Notes under the pieces: generated by a model
What the model saw: the letters and a program-made list of their open reading frames with translations, nothing else
The model's database searches: none
What the model was told of the DNA's origin: nothing
Translations under genes and position numbers: made by a program
Assembly: GCA_963664705.1 (NCBI GenBank)
Contig: OY761556.1
Coordinates: 5,152,001-5,216,000, forward strand
Reading direction: 5' to 3'
DNA from: Acidobacteriota bacterium
GTDB lineage: Bacteria; Acidobacteriota; UBA6911
Length of the DNA stretch: 64,000 nucleotides
Part shown: positions 9,059 to 18,136 of the stretch, in pieces
Layout: each line of letters opens with the position of its first letter
How positions within the stretch are numbered: position 1 is the first letter of the stretch

Positions 9059-10858
9059 CTACGCGCCAGATTTCCGAACGGCACCCCGATAATCCACGGC
9101 ACCCGCGCCAAAATCCAACCTGATCTTGATCTCGACACCGTCCACATCGAAGCCCTGGCGGGTTTCGGTGTAGGGCCCTTCCTGTCCCTCAAGGTAGGCA
9201 TACACAACAACCACGCCATTCGGCGTGTTGGGATCCGCAAACAGATACCAGTCGTTGACATCGCTGGCGTCGAGTTGGTGTAGGACGACCGGCTGCAGCG
9301 TGTTTGCCCATGGATTGATCTTGGCGGATTCCGATGCCTGGTAGGATCCTGACGTGTACTGCAGGGCCAACTGTTCCTTGGTGGCCGGAACCACTAGGAA
9401 TTTCGGAATGATCCCCAGCACCTTACCGCCCGAACTGGTCTGCAGCATCATCTTGACGCGAAGAGCGCCGATATTATCCACGCTGATCGCGCCGGCCGAA
9501 TCGTCATAGTTCTTGTGCGTATTCTTGTCGAATAGGGCAACGCTGTCAGACAGGGTGCCATTGGCTGTGATGATCCCGACAACGGTATCCCCTTCGAGGC
9601 CGCCGACTTCTTGTCCGAGGAGCATCGGTGCGCGCGTGAAGGCGCCCAGATCGTCATTGACGATAGCCTGCCTGGTTATCCCCACGATCTTGCCGTAAGT
9701 TTTCACCGCATACGCTTCACGCCCTTCGATGAGCGCTCCGCGCGTGAACTCGCCCGATTCTTTCACCTGCTCGAGGCGGGAAGTCTGGTCGAGGGTCAGC
9801 TCATACATGGTTTTGAAATCAACCGCGGAACGCCTGGCGGCAATGAGGCGCCACGGAGAAACCATCATTTCATAGCCAGCCCGGAGTGATTTGTTGGCGC
9901 TATCAGCCAGGATGTAAGGGAAATCACTTGTGGACTGGAAGGCAAGCCGGACAATCTCGGTTTTGCTCTTCGTCTGCCAACGGATGCCCACGTTAGATAG
10001 GCACTCCTTGGCGTGATCAAGCAGACTCATCCCGACATACTCGCGGGCACCCTCAAATACTTTCTGTTTGCGGCCCTGATCGAATTTGTAATTCCTTTCC
10101 TTCTCGTCGGTAATCCAGGCTCCCGGTTCAAACCGCTCCAGTAAAGCTCCTACCATCGAGAACCGCCGCAGATCGGACTCGTCCTGCAGCCGCGGATCGC
10201 TGGCCGGCGTACCCGTAATTGAGGACATACCCTGGCGCTGCATTTCCGCACGTTCGTCGGATGCCTTCTTGTCGATCGCTAGTCTTCTGAACACCTCGAT
10301 AGACGTTCCCTTATCAATGTGTTCGTTAGCAAACGATTGGCGTAGTTTGAGCGCAGCGGCAACCTCATTGATGGTGCGAACACGGGCCCGCTCCTTGTCT
10401 ATACCGGAATCGACCAGGCGCGTACGATCCGCATCCGCCTGGGCCACCTGGCCAGCAGGATTGGGCTCGCGACCCTCCAGCTCCTCCGCAGCCACGAGCA
10501 GTTCGTTGTTGCGTTTGATCTGCTCCGTCAGCTCATTGTAGTTGGCCTTAGATTCATCAGTGAACCCGCCGGAGGCTTCCGCCGCATCCAGCATCTGCTT
10601 GGCCTTCTTGGTCCAGTCCACCTTGTTCTGGCGCAACTGAGTGAGATTGATCACCGGACCCGCAAAGGCGATCGCCATCCCTCCGGACAAAGTATGGTGA
10701 TCAGAAAAAAGCACGGCTGCACAGACCAGCAACACAACCGCGCAGGGTAGAGCAAATCCGATCACTCCCAAAGGATTGATCAAAGGCTGAGACGTGAAAT
10801 AGCTTCGGCCGAAATTGGCTGCAAACCACTTCCGCCGGTCTCGTGCATGTATTCTCAT
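9059..10858 (-). CDS. Major capsid protein with N-terminal scaffold region (Mu gpT-like / Gifsy type)
   Basis: STSDFP.IL..ANKSL..GY, TYGK...ITRQAIVNDDLGAF and DGVEIKIRLDFG..DYRG motifs; start at 10858 has a GGAG SD. Confidence 0.9.
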   Translation of the reverse strand: MRIHARDRRKWFAANFGRSYFTSQPLINPLGVIGFALPCAVVLLVCAAVLFSDHHTLSGGMAIAFAGPVINLTQLRQNKVDWTKKAKQMLDAAEASGGFTDESKANYNELTEQIKRNNELLVAAEELEGREPNPAGQVAQADADRTRLVDSGIDKERARVRTINEVAAALKLRQSFANEHIDKGTSIEVFRRLAIDKKASDERAEMQRQGMSSITGTPASDPRLQDESDLRRFSMVGALLERFEPGAWITDEKERNYKFDQGRKQKVFEGAREYVGMSLLDHAKECLSNVGIRWQTKSKTEIVRLAFQSTSDFPYILADSANKSLRAGYEMMVSPWRLIAARRSAVDFKTMYELTLDQTSRLEQVKESGEFTRGALIEGREAYAVKTYGKIVGITRQAIVNDDLGAFTRAPMLLGQEVGGLEGDTVVGIITANGTLSDSVALFDKNTHKNYDDSAGAISVDNIGALRVKMMLQTSSGGKVLGIIPKFLVVPATKEQLALQYTSGSYQASESAKINPWANTLQPVVLHQLDASDVNDWYLFADPNTPNGVVVVYAYLEGQEGPYTETRQGFDVDGVEIKIRLDFGAGAVDYRGAVRKSGA

Positions 10859-10892
10859 GTGGATACACTCCATAGATAGATGCGCACCCAAT

Positions 10893-10916
10893 AAAAAAGC
10901 CCGCTGCCAGGCGGGC
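10893..10916 (-). terminator. Intrinsic terminator between protease and capsid genes
   Basis: GCCCGC-CTGGCA-GCGGGC followed by TTTTTT. Confidence 0.7.
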
Positions 10917-10988
10917 CAAAGGCGCTGTGTTTGTTGTAAACCGGCGGTTTCGGCATTCCTCCCGTGAACGCTGCGTCCCGCCGTTTGA

Positions 10989-11591
10989 CTAGATGCTCAA
11001 AAATTCCATTCGTGCTTTTTCGAGATCAAAACTGATACGTGACATCGATGAGATGATATCTACCTCGGTAAACTGGATCTTGTCGCTGAGTTTCAGACCG
11101 GCGTTGGGATCCGCCCCAATTGGTACAAGCGATACCTCCATGGGCTCCCAGTCAATCGCCAGGTATGATCGCGTTCCTTTCGGATTTCCTTCCTCGTCCT
11201 TTTCGGTGATGTCCTGAAGCTTGTAAATAGCTGCGCCGACGGACGCATTGCGGATTATTTCGTCCTGCACGTCCTGCCAGATCGGAGTCACCTCATCGCG
11301 GTTGCTGAACCGTACCCTGGCGTCACCCTTCAGGTTTGCCGTTTGAATCACGCCGATTACATCCGCCAGGCTCCAGTCGCTGTGCGAGTTGAGAAGCGGT
11401 GCCTTCCCGCTCGTCAGCCGTTCCATGCGCACATGCTCTGGTTTCATGCTGAGGGTCAGGTAATACTTGCCGTCCCAGCTCAGGCGCCGTATCGTCGCGC
11501 CGGTGTACCACTTGAGGTTCGCAATGCGCGCGCCATTCTCAGACTTTTCGGGAGCGAGTTCGGCCTGAAGCAGGTGTCTTGGAATTTTCAT
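10989..11591 (-). CDS. Prohead maturation protease (HK97-like)
   Basis: APLLNSH, IIRNASVG and WEPMEVSLVPIGAD motifs; GGAGG SD and ATGA overlap with the portal stop. Confidence 0.9.
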   Translation of the reverse strand: MKIPRHLLQAELAPEKSENGARIANLKWYTGATIRRLSWDGKYYLTLSMKPEHVRMERLTSGKAPLLNSHSDWSLADVIGVIQTANLKGDARVRFSNRDEVTPIWQDVQDEIIRNASVGAAIYKLQDITEKDEEGNPKGTRSYLAIDWEPMEVSLVPIGADPNAGLKLSDKIQFTEVDIISSMSRISFDLEKARMEFLSI

Positions 11592-13099
11592 TGTTGTCCT
11601 CCTTGGACTGGATTGCCGGAGGATTCCGTGACCGCTCCGCCGGTTCCCGTGCGTTTCCTTGGATCGCAATCGAGTACGATCCCGGCCTTATCCAATTTTC
11701 TGTTCACCTCGGCGATCTCCTCGATCTGTTCGTCCGGATCGTATCCTTCTTCTCCCACCGCCTGCGGCCAGGTCTTTGTGCCCATGCGGATCGAGGCGCG
11801 TGTTGCATTCGCATCTTTTTCCGGATCGACCGATCCATACTTCGGCATCGACCATTCCATTCGGAAATCCAAAGTCGGAATTTTTCCGGCGGCGAAGGCA
11901 TACTCCCGGAACCAGCGGCTGATCGGGTTACAGAACATAGGCACAAAGCACAGCCACCGGAACTGGTCCATCTTGGTCCGGAAGGAGATCATGCCGGCAC
12001 GATAACTCGAATAATTCACATTTGAAAGATCTCCGGTCAGCTGCTCGTAGGTCACACCAATGCCGACGGCCATCTTGGTCTGGATGTCGCGCTTGAAATC
12101 CCTATACCCGTCTCCTGTGCCAGAAGGAGCGGCAAATTTCACGTCTTCTCCCGGCCGCAGATAGCGAATCATTCCCGGCTCGAGCGATTCTTCCGTCTGA
12201 TTCCTGGAATTTGTTTCCGTTTCACCGGACGGAATCGGATCGAGGGCCTCCGTCTGTGTTACGAAGGAAGCGAAGCAGGCCTGGATCTTTTTCTGCACGA
12301 TGGCCGCTTCGGTGTATTCATCTTCATCGCGCATGGTGATGATGACCGGAGCCAACCAAGGTGTTCCGCGGACCTGCTGCCGTTTTTTTCGATAAATATG
12401 CAGGATATCCGCTGCCGGCACCCGCCTGGAGATCACGCTCGCCCGGGAGAAACCGCTCGCCACGTCTCCGGGATGGCTCGGGAACATCCAGTAGGCGATC
12501 CGGCTTCCAAGCAGATCGAATTCCACGCCCTGAATGATGCGGCCAGTCTTGGTATCCTCGGTCTTGTTAAGATCTAGAAAATCCGGCTCCATGACCTGGA
12601 TCTGAAGCGGCACATGAAATCCGTCATCGTAGTACCGTCGCCGCATCCGGACCAGGCACTCGCCGCTCTCAATGACGGTCCGTACCGTCAAATCCTGCAA
12701 ACCGTAGAGATCGAGCTGACCATCGGCATCGCATTCATCCACCCATCGTTTCCAGGATTCGCTAATTACTCTCGTGTACTCCGGATCATTCGTCCGCGGT
12801 TGCGCCGTGATTCCCGTGCCGACGGCGCTGCCGGCCAGTTCGTCTATGCCATTATTCGCATAGGCGTTGTTGCGGACAAGTTCACGGCTCCGCTGGCGCA
12901 ACTTGGACAGATACGGCCCAATCTCCGCGTTGGCGCTGGTGTCCGATGTGATCCAGTCGGACATTCTTCGGTCCATCCGGGCGCCCTCATAGGATAGTGT
13001 GATGGCCTGCGCTGCGCGGTACTGGGACCGATGGAATCCCCATTTGGGGCTGAGCCATGAGATTGATTTATCGAGCCAGGTATCTTTTTGTCTGGTCAT
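11588..13099 (-). CDS. Portal protein, lambda family
   Basis: LRQRSRELVRNN, QVRGTPWLAP, LTGDLSNVNYSSYRAG and VDPEKD motifs. Confidence 0.95.
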   Translation of the reverse strand: MTRQKDTWLDKSISWLSPKWGFHRSQYRAAQAITLSYEGARMDRRMSDWITSDTSANAEIGPYLSKLRQRSRELVRNNAYANNGIDELAGSAVGTGITAQPRTNDPEYTRVISESWKRWVDECDADGQLDLYGLQDLTVRTVIESGECLVRMRRRYYDDGFHVPLQIQVMEPDFLDLNKTEDTKTGRIIQGVEFDLLGSRIAYWMFPSHPGDVASGFSRASVISRRVPAADILHIYRKKRQQVRGTPWLAPVIITMRDEDEYTEAAIVQKKIQACFASFVTQTEALDPIPSGETETNSRNQTEESLEPGMIRYLRPGEDVKFAAPSGTGDGYRDFKRDIQTKMAVGIGVTYEQLTGDLSNVNYSSYRAGMISFRTKMDQFRWLCFVPMFCNPISRWFREYAFAAGKIPTLDFRMEWSMPKYGSVDPEKDANATRASIRMGTKTWPQAVGEEGYDPDEQIEEIAEVNRKLDKAGIVLDCDPRKRTGTGGAVTESSGNPVQGGQQ

Positions 13100-13311
13100 T
13101 TGCGGAATCTCGCGTATGTCGTCCGTCCGGTTCCGGTCGACGTAGGTGATGTATCGGTCTCAACCGCGTCCTTCATCGTCTGCAGCAGTTTGAGCATTTC
13201 GGAGATGGACTGATACTGCACTTCTCGATCCGAGAAGCGCACGCGCAAGACACCGCCTTTGATCGCGGATTCGAGCGCCTGAATATCCGTTTGTGTCCAG
13301 GAGGTTGCCAT
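13096..13311 (-). CDS. Head-tail adaptor (gpW-like)
   Basis: 71 aa, ALESAIKGGVLRVRFSDREVQYQS, between terminase and portal. Confidence 0.85.
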   Translation of the reverse strand: MATSWTQTDIQALESAIKGGVLRVRFSDREVQYQSISEMLKLLQTMKDAVETDTSPTSTGTGRTTYARFRK

Positions 13312-13314
13312 TGT

Positions 13315-13539
13315 CTATGCCTTCTGCCGCCTGAGGTAAAAGACAGCCATGTCTCCGGGTTGAGGAATCACGGTGACAAGTTCCCATTCATCCAGGCCGA
13401 GATCATTTAAATCCACGGTGCGCTCCAGAACGAGGGATTTGTATTCCCATTTCACCGGCTGCAGGACTCCGATGCTCGCCGGAAGAAGTCCGTCTATTTC
13501 CCGAACCAGTCCGGGATCGATTTGATTCTTTTGTCTCAT
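13315..13539 (-). CDS. DUF4177-like small protein
   Basis: WEYK...LNDLGLDEWELV motif; ATGA overlap with the terminase stop. Confidence 0.6.
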   Translation of the reverse strand: MRQKNQIDPGLVREIDGLLPASIGVLQPVKWEYKSLVLERTVDLNDLGLDEWELVTVIPQPGDMAVFYLRRQKA

Positions 13540-15491
13540 CGCCGCAACCAGTTCCTTCCCCTGTTTCCAAGCCATCCGACTCCCGTAGTCGGCTGAGGCT
13601 TCGGTTCCGTCTTCGGCGCTTCAGCCTTGGAGCTAGGCTCGTCCACTTTCGGCCAGACGCTCAGCTGTGCCTCGTATGCCTTGAAATGCTTGTCCTGCAT
13701 CCGGTCGTATCCGAGGCTATAGGCCGCGGCCCGGGCGTAGATCCTGCAGTCGAGCGCTTCATTGCGCGGCCTGGTCTGCTGCCACTCAGTCTTCGTCCGT
13801 CCGGTTCTTCGGTTCGGCCGGCTGACGAGCTGCTCGGCACATAGTTGCTTGAAGTGTTCGTCACCGAAATTGTCTCCCGCGGGGAAATGGCAGAAGCCCT
13901 GGGGAAACGCAAAGCCCTTCTGTAGTTCTTCCTCTGTTGGCCTGCGCAATTTCAGTGCTGCATAGAAATCCGACTTGAAGAAATTGACATTGATCATGCG
14001 GATCTTCAGTCCCGCCTTGATCTTTTTCCCGCCCTGAGTGACATCCACCGGTGAGGGCTGGCCAACCGGAAGGATCCCCTTGTCCGATCCTTTGATCGCC
14101 ATGACCTGAGTCGCCGGCTGCGAGCGCACCCAGTTGTAGACATCCTGGGTGCTGTCTCCAGAATCCACGAACATTCTCGAGATTGGAATTTCCGCACCGG
14201 ATTCCGTCTGATAGCTCTGGGCGCGGATCGCGGCGAGTTTTTCCCAGACAGCAGCTTCCGATGTCTTCCCCTCCAGAATCAGATAAGCAACCGACCAGGA
14301 CTCCCGGTTGCGACCCCAGGTGACAATCTCCACCTCGAGGCGATCGCGCTGCACATCGACTCCCGCCGTTAGAAACAGCCCGCCGTGCGGTATGGTACCG
14401 ACTGGGTAGTCTTCCCGGCGCGCCAGCAGCAGTTCCCACTCGGGAGCCTCGCCCTTCTCCACCCAGTTTTCCGCGAGTGACGTGTTCGTAAAGGTCTTCA
14501 GGTCCTCGGCGTTGTTTTTCTTCATCAGGAAATCCAGGACAATGTCCGAAAGTGATTTCCATGGCGAATAGAGCTCGCTGATCCAGAATCCTGCCGTCCC
14601 ATGGAATCGGCCCTGCGCTCTCCATTCTCCCCGCTCTACCGCTTTCCATCGGTCGGCATCGTTCCATGGCGCATCGCATGATTCACAGTGGTACCTGGCT
14701 GTCGCGGCCTGCTCCTCGCGCGTCGGCAGGCTGGAATCCCATACAACTTGGGTCTGAAAGCGCAGCATCATGCTCTGCATATGCCCGCAGACCGGGCAGG
14801 GTACAAAATACTCCCTCCGGTCTGAGGCCTCGTAGGCCCGGTCTATCTCCGAATCTGCAATCGTCGGTGAGCAGGTTAGAATCTGTTTCTTCCGGTGCCG
14901 GAACGTGACCAGGCGCTTCCGGGCCAACGAGATAGGATTTCCCTCGGATCCTGCGGTCGCCGGATACTTGTCCACTTCGTCGCAAAATAGAAACCGGATG
15001 GCTCTGCGCGCCAGGTTGCCCGGGGATCCGGCCGAGGTGATTGCCAGCATTCCCCCGGGAAATAGTTTCTCCTCGATTGTGTTGTTCGAGGAGCGGGATT
15101 TCGATTCCGAGAACAGACCTTGCAGCACGGGAGTGTCCCGGATCATCGGGGCGATGCGTTCCTTCGAAAAGGCTTTGGCATCGGCGTCGCGCGGCTGCAG
15201 CACGAGGATCGGTCCCGGATCCTGGTGCACGAAGTATCCGATCCCGTTTTCTATCGTCACGGTTTTCAGCATCTGCGTGGCGGCCTTGATGACGACACAT
15301 TCCACCCTCGCGTCCGATACCGCGTCCAGGGGCTCCCGCTGATAGGGCTTCGTCGTCCACTTTCCGGCCTCCGCGGCCGACTCTGAGCTCAAATACCTGT
15401 ATTGATCGGCCCATTGCGAAACGGTAAGCCTCGGAGGAGGAGCCAGACACGTTCTGCATAATTTCTTTATTAGCTGATCGACAGCATTCAT
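13536..15491 (-). CDS. Terminase large subunit, lambda gpA family
   Basis: VSQWAD, FCDEVDKYP, SPT, LTAGVDVQ and RNEALDCRIYA motifs. Confidence 0.97.
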   Translation of the reverse strand: MNAVDQLIKKLCRTCLAPPPRLTVSQWADQYRYLSSESAAEAGKWTTKPYQREPLDAVSDARVECVVIKAATQMLKTVTIENGIGYFVHQDPGPILVLQPRDADAKAFSKERIAPMIRDTPVLQGLFSESKSRSSNNTIEEKLFPGGMLAITSAGSPGNLARRAIRFLFCDEVDKYPATAGSEGNPISLARKRLVTFRHRKKQILTCSPTIADSEIDRAYEASDRREYFVPCPVCGHMQSMMLRFQTQVVWDSSLPTREEQAATARYHCESCDAPWNDADRWKAVERGEWRAQGRFHGTAGFWISELYSPWKSLSDIVLDFLMKKNNAEDLKTFTNTSLAENWVEKGEAPEWELLLARREDYPVGTIPHGGLFLTAGVDVQRDRLEVEIVTWGRNRESWSVAYLILEGKTSEAAVWEKLAAIRAQSYQTESGAEIPISRMFVDSGDSTQDVYNWVRSQPATQVMAIKGSDKGILPVGQPSPVDVTQGGKKIKAGLKIRMINVNFFKSDFYAALKLRRPTEEELQKGFAFPQGFCHFPAGDNFGDEHFKQLCAEQLVSRPNRRTGRTKTEWQQTRPRNEALDCRIYARAAAYSLGYDRMQDKHFKAYEAQLSVWPKVDEPSSKAEAPKTEPKPQPTTGVGWLGNRGRNWLRR

Positions 15492-16063
15492 GCCGCATGC
15501 GGGTTGTATTCTTGAAAAGATGTCAACAACTGGATAATTTCACGGCTGATCAGATCGACGCATTCCCTCGGATCACTGCTGACAGCCACTCGGGGACCAA
15601 GAATATCCGGGAGCAGAAGCATCCGGTTTCTGAAGGTCTTCATTGCGGTTCCGTATTTCTGTTCAACTTCTGCAACGTCGATGAGCTCGCCGCGGCGAAC
15701 CTTCAGTGCCAGCTCTTCTTTCTGAACCTTCAGCCATTCATGCCGGCGCTGCGCCTCAAAGAAACTTTCCGAGTTTTCATCAGGCAAGGGCAGCTGATTG
15801 CCAGGCGCTGCCGATATTTCCGTATTTTCCGCCGGCTTATCCTTCGCCCGCCTGGTCGCCTGACCGGGCATTCGAACATGCCGTTGCTGCCGGTGATCGG
15901 AGTTTTGTTCCCAGTCGTGATCGGCCTGCTCAAATTCAATCTGGCCGTTGGCCGAAACCTTGATACGGCCGCTCTGAATTGCCTTGCGTACGGCGGGGTG
16001 GGAACCCCCTGGTAACCCGAGTGATTTGCGGTGTGCGGCGTACGCCCTGAGCGATCCTAACAT
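15488..16063 (-). CDS. Terminase small subunit (Nu1-like)
   Basis: N-terminal HTH (SLRAYAAHR..AVRKAIQSGRI), C-terminal RGELID; overlaps terL; ATG at 16063 preferred. Confidence 0.85.
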   Translation of the reverse strand: MLGSLRAYAAHRKSLGLPGGSHPAVRKAIQSGRIKVSANGQIEFEQADHDWEQNSDHRQQRHVRMPGQATRRAKDKPAENTEISAAPGNQLPLPDENSESFFEAQRRHEWLKVQKEELALKVRRGELIDVAEVEQKYGTAMKTFRNRMLLLPDILGPRVAVSSDPRECVDLISREIIQLLTSFQEYNPHAA

Positions 16064-16089
16064 TCTGAACTCACCGACGACCACCGAGT

Positions 16090-16220
16090 GGTAACCCACC
16101 TGGGAACCCTGCCGGGTATCCGGCGGAAACCCGGCAGCCCGGGAATGCCCTTTTTCCCCTGGTGGCTATCCAAAATTCGCCACCATATTACCCGCTTTGG
16201 TTTTTCCCCAGGAAGGACCC
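16090..16220 (-). promoter_or_regulatory. Candidate cos packaging region (cosQ-like GGGTCCT plus GGNNNCC repeats)
   Basis: GGGTCCT at 16220-16214 equals lambda cosQ; repeated GGTTTCC, GGATACC, GGTTCCC and GGTTACC upstream of terS. Confidence 0.6.
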
Positions 16221-16311
16221 AAGCCCCCACCCCATGCACCACGGAGTGCTATACAATACGTCTCTGGGTTCGCCATACAGCAGTTTTCGCCGCGAGCTTT
16301 TTTCATGTGTG

Positions 16312-16485
16312 TCACTTCGAACCCTTCAGCGCCTGTTTCAAAGCGAGTGCAAAGTGTCCCCATATCCACTGCCGCCGATATTCTCGTCTGGTCAAATGCT
16401 CGGGACGCTTGCCTCCCTGCAGCGAATAGAACGGACGTCGCTGATCAGCACGATACACTGCAGCGACGTCCGAGGAGGTAATCAC
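16312..16485 (-). CDS. Hypothetical 57-aa phage protein (below the ORF-track cutoff)
   Basis: GGAGG SD and GTGA overlap with the upstream stop; MITSSDVAAVYRADQRRPFY...ALKGSK*. Confidence 0.5.
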   Translation of the reverse strand: MITSSDVAAVYRADQRRPFYSLQGGKRPEHLTRREYRRQWIWGHFALALKQALKGSK

Positions 16486-16787
16486 GCATACCTCCGTGCC
16501 GCTGCGAGTGATCCCGTTTTAGGAAACACTACGTTGCAGCAAGGAGGAAACATTGCGACATCGCGCCCTTCAACGTACCGCGACCTGGCGCCGTTCCAGT
16601 AGATGGTTCCGCGCTGATCTACGTACACATCGCTTGGGCTTCTCACGCCGGCGGCACAATCCAAAAGCAATAGCTGTCCATTCACCATAACAGCGGAGTT
16701 CTGCCTGCAGAGATGAAGCGCTCTGCTTTCAGACGTCCGCCTTGGCTCACCCATTCTAGGGTTAGCAATTTCAATTTGTTTTGACAT
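16482..16787 (-). CDS. Hypothetical phage protein
   Basis: Co-oriented ORF; start MSKQIEI preferred because the longer ORF overlaps the promoter. Confidence 0.55.
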   Translation of the reverse strand: MSKQIEIANPRMGEPRRTSESRALHLCRQNSAVMVNGQLLLLDCAAGVRSPSDVYVDQRGTIYWNGARSRYVEGRDVAMFPPCCNVVFPKTGSLAAARRYA

Positions 16788-16878
16788 GGTTTGGGTATCG
16801 AATCCGCTTAGGGAGAGTGTTTTATCGAGGTGACGCGTCCTCGGGAGTGCTTTTCGTGAGCTCTCACTGTACGTGTGC

Positions 16879-16963
16879 AAAATGCAGCAGATCATAGGAA
16901 CTTGTCAATATACCCGCTCACGTTCACACGACGATTGACGACGATCGACAACAATCGACTACT
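16879..16963 (-). promoter_or_regulatory. Candidate late promoter with phased 10-bp operator repeats
   Basis: TTGACA at 16908-16903 with a weak -10, preceded by about 3.5 tandem 10-bp repeats. Confidence 0.55.
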
Positions 16964-16968
16964 TTTCA

Positions 16969-17163
16969 CTACAATGGTCTAGGTCTAGGACCATGCTGTA
17001 ATATCCATTGAAATTCCTCGCGAGGAATAAAAATTCCCTTGGGGAAATGAACGTGGGCCACCAAATCTTTTCTGAGCCATCGTTTTACGGTTTCGGGATG
17101 CACTCCCATTTCGCGGGCCAGCTCGTCTGGGCGATAGTAGCGTTTCACTGGCAAATCAGTCAT
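16969..17163 (-). CDS. Winged HTH DNA-binding protein (HTH_17 / excisionase-like)
   Basis: YYRPDELAREMGVHPETVKRW pattern, 64 aa. Confidence 0.8.
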   Translation of the reverse strand: MTDLPVKRYYRPDELAREMGVHPETVKRWLRKDLVAHVHFPKGIFIPREEFQWILQHGPRPRPL

Positions 17164-18118
17164 TCATCGCTCCGCTGTCAAACATTGCCAAGAAATTTGC
17201 TTCGTCTGGATTGCGAGATGCCAACGGCTTGTTGCGGATGAAATTTGCGTATTCCGCCCGCATTTCATGCCCATTTCCATTCGATTCCGGCTGCCCTAAA
17301 TAAATATCCGTGGCAGCTGGGCGTGCACTTCCGTTTTTAGCCGCAACGGGTAATCTGTGCATCTGCCCAAACAGGGTATCGAACTTTTCGCGCAGCTTCC
17401 GACCGCTGAGGATGTTGGGACCCCAGAAGCAGCCATCGCTCTGACACCACTGTATGACCGCCTCGACGTCCTTTGCCCGGCGTCCATCGATTGTCAGAAT
17501 CTTGTCGATGTCGCGCGCCCAACGAGTTTGATCGGGTAGCTTTGCTGCTTTAGAGTGCGGATCGCGCCTGGCGATCGCGGTACAAAGCAGCTCCGACAGT
17601 CGAACAGACTCGGCAGAGGGATGCGGATCCACAGCAGCGGCGTCAGCCGCATGCTTTTGTTTTTTCTTTTCTTCTTCTTTTCTATTCTTCTTCTCTTCTT
17701 GCGAAAAACTGGGGGTAATCCGGTGGGTTCCGGTGAATTGCTCATTTATAACAACTTGCGCGGGTGGTTCCGGATAAATCGGATTCGCCACATACTTAAT
17801 TCCCGGCTGTTCCTTGCGAAAATTGTGCAGGCAGAGGTACCTGTTGCCGTCGACGCTGTACAACGTGATCAGGTGGACGTCGTGCATAGCCTGGAGGGCT
17901 TCTTCGAATTCTTCTTCAGAATGCCTCGATATCGGAAAGACATTCATCTTGATCGAAAAAGCATCGCCGGCCAGGCGGCCGTGATCGTCGCAGTTAACCA
18001 TGATCAGAGGATAGAGAGCGTGACAGAAATCAGCGAGTTCTCCTGCGCGGTGATTCAGATTCGCGTATTTCTTTGAGGAAGTGCCGAGTGATTTATTAAG
18101 CAACCTGCGCTGAGCCAT
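17156..18118 (-). CDS. Phage replication initiator / replisome organizer
   Basis: N-terminal LY..I...CDDHGR, central EK-rich linker, C-terminal FW..NILS..KLREKFDTL (lambda O-like). Confidence 0.85.
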   Translation of the reverse strand: MAQRRLLNKSLGTSSKKYANLNHRAGELADFCHALYPLIMVNCDDHGRLAGDAFSIKMNVFPISRHSEEEFEEALQAMHDVHLITLYSVDGNRYLCLHNFRKEQPGIKYVANPIYPEPPAQVVINEQFTGTHRITPSFSQEEKKNRKEEEKKKQKHAADAAAVDPHPSAESVRLSELLCTAIARRDPHSKAAKLPDQTRWARDIDKILTIDGRRAKDVEAVIQWCQSDGCFWGPNILSGRKLREKFDTLFGQMHRLPVAAKNGSARPAATDIYLGQPESNGNGHEMRAEYANFIRNKPLASRNPDEANFLAMFDSGAMND

Positions 18119-18136
18119 AAAACCGTCCGCAAGAAT

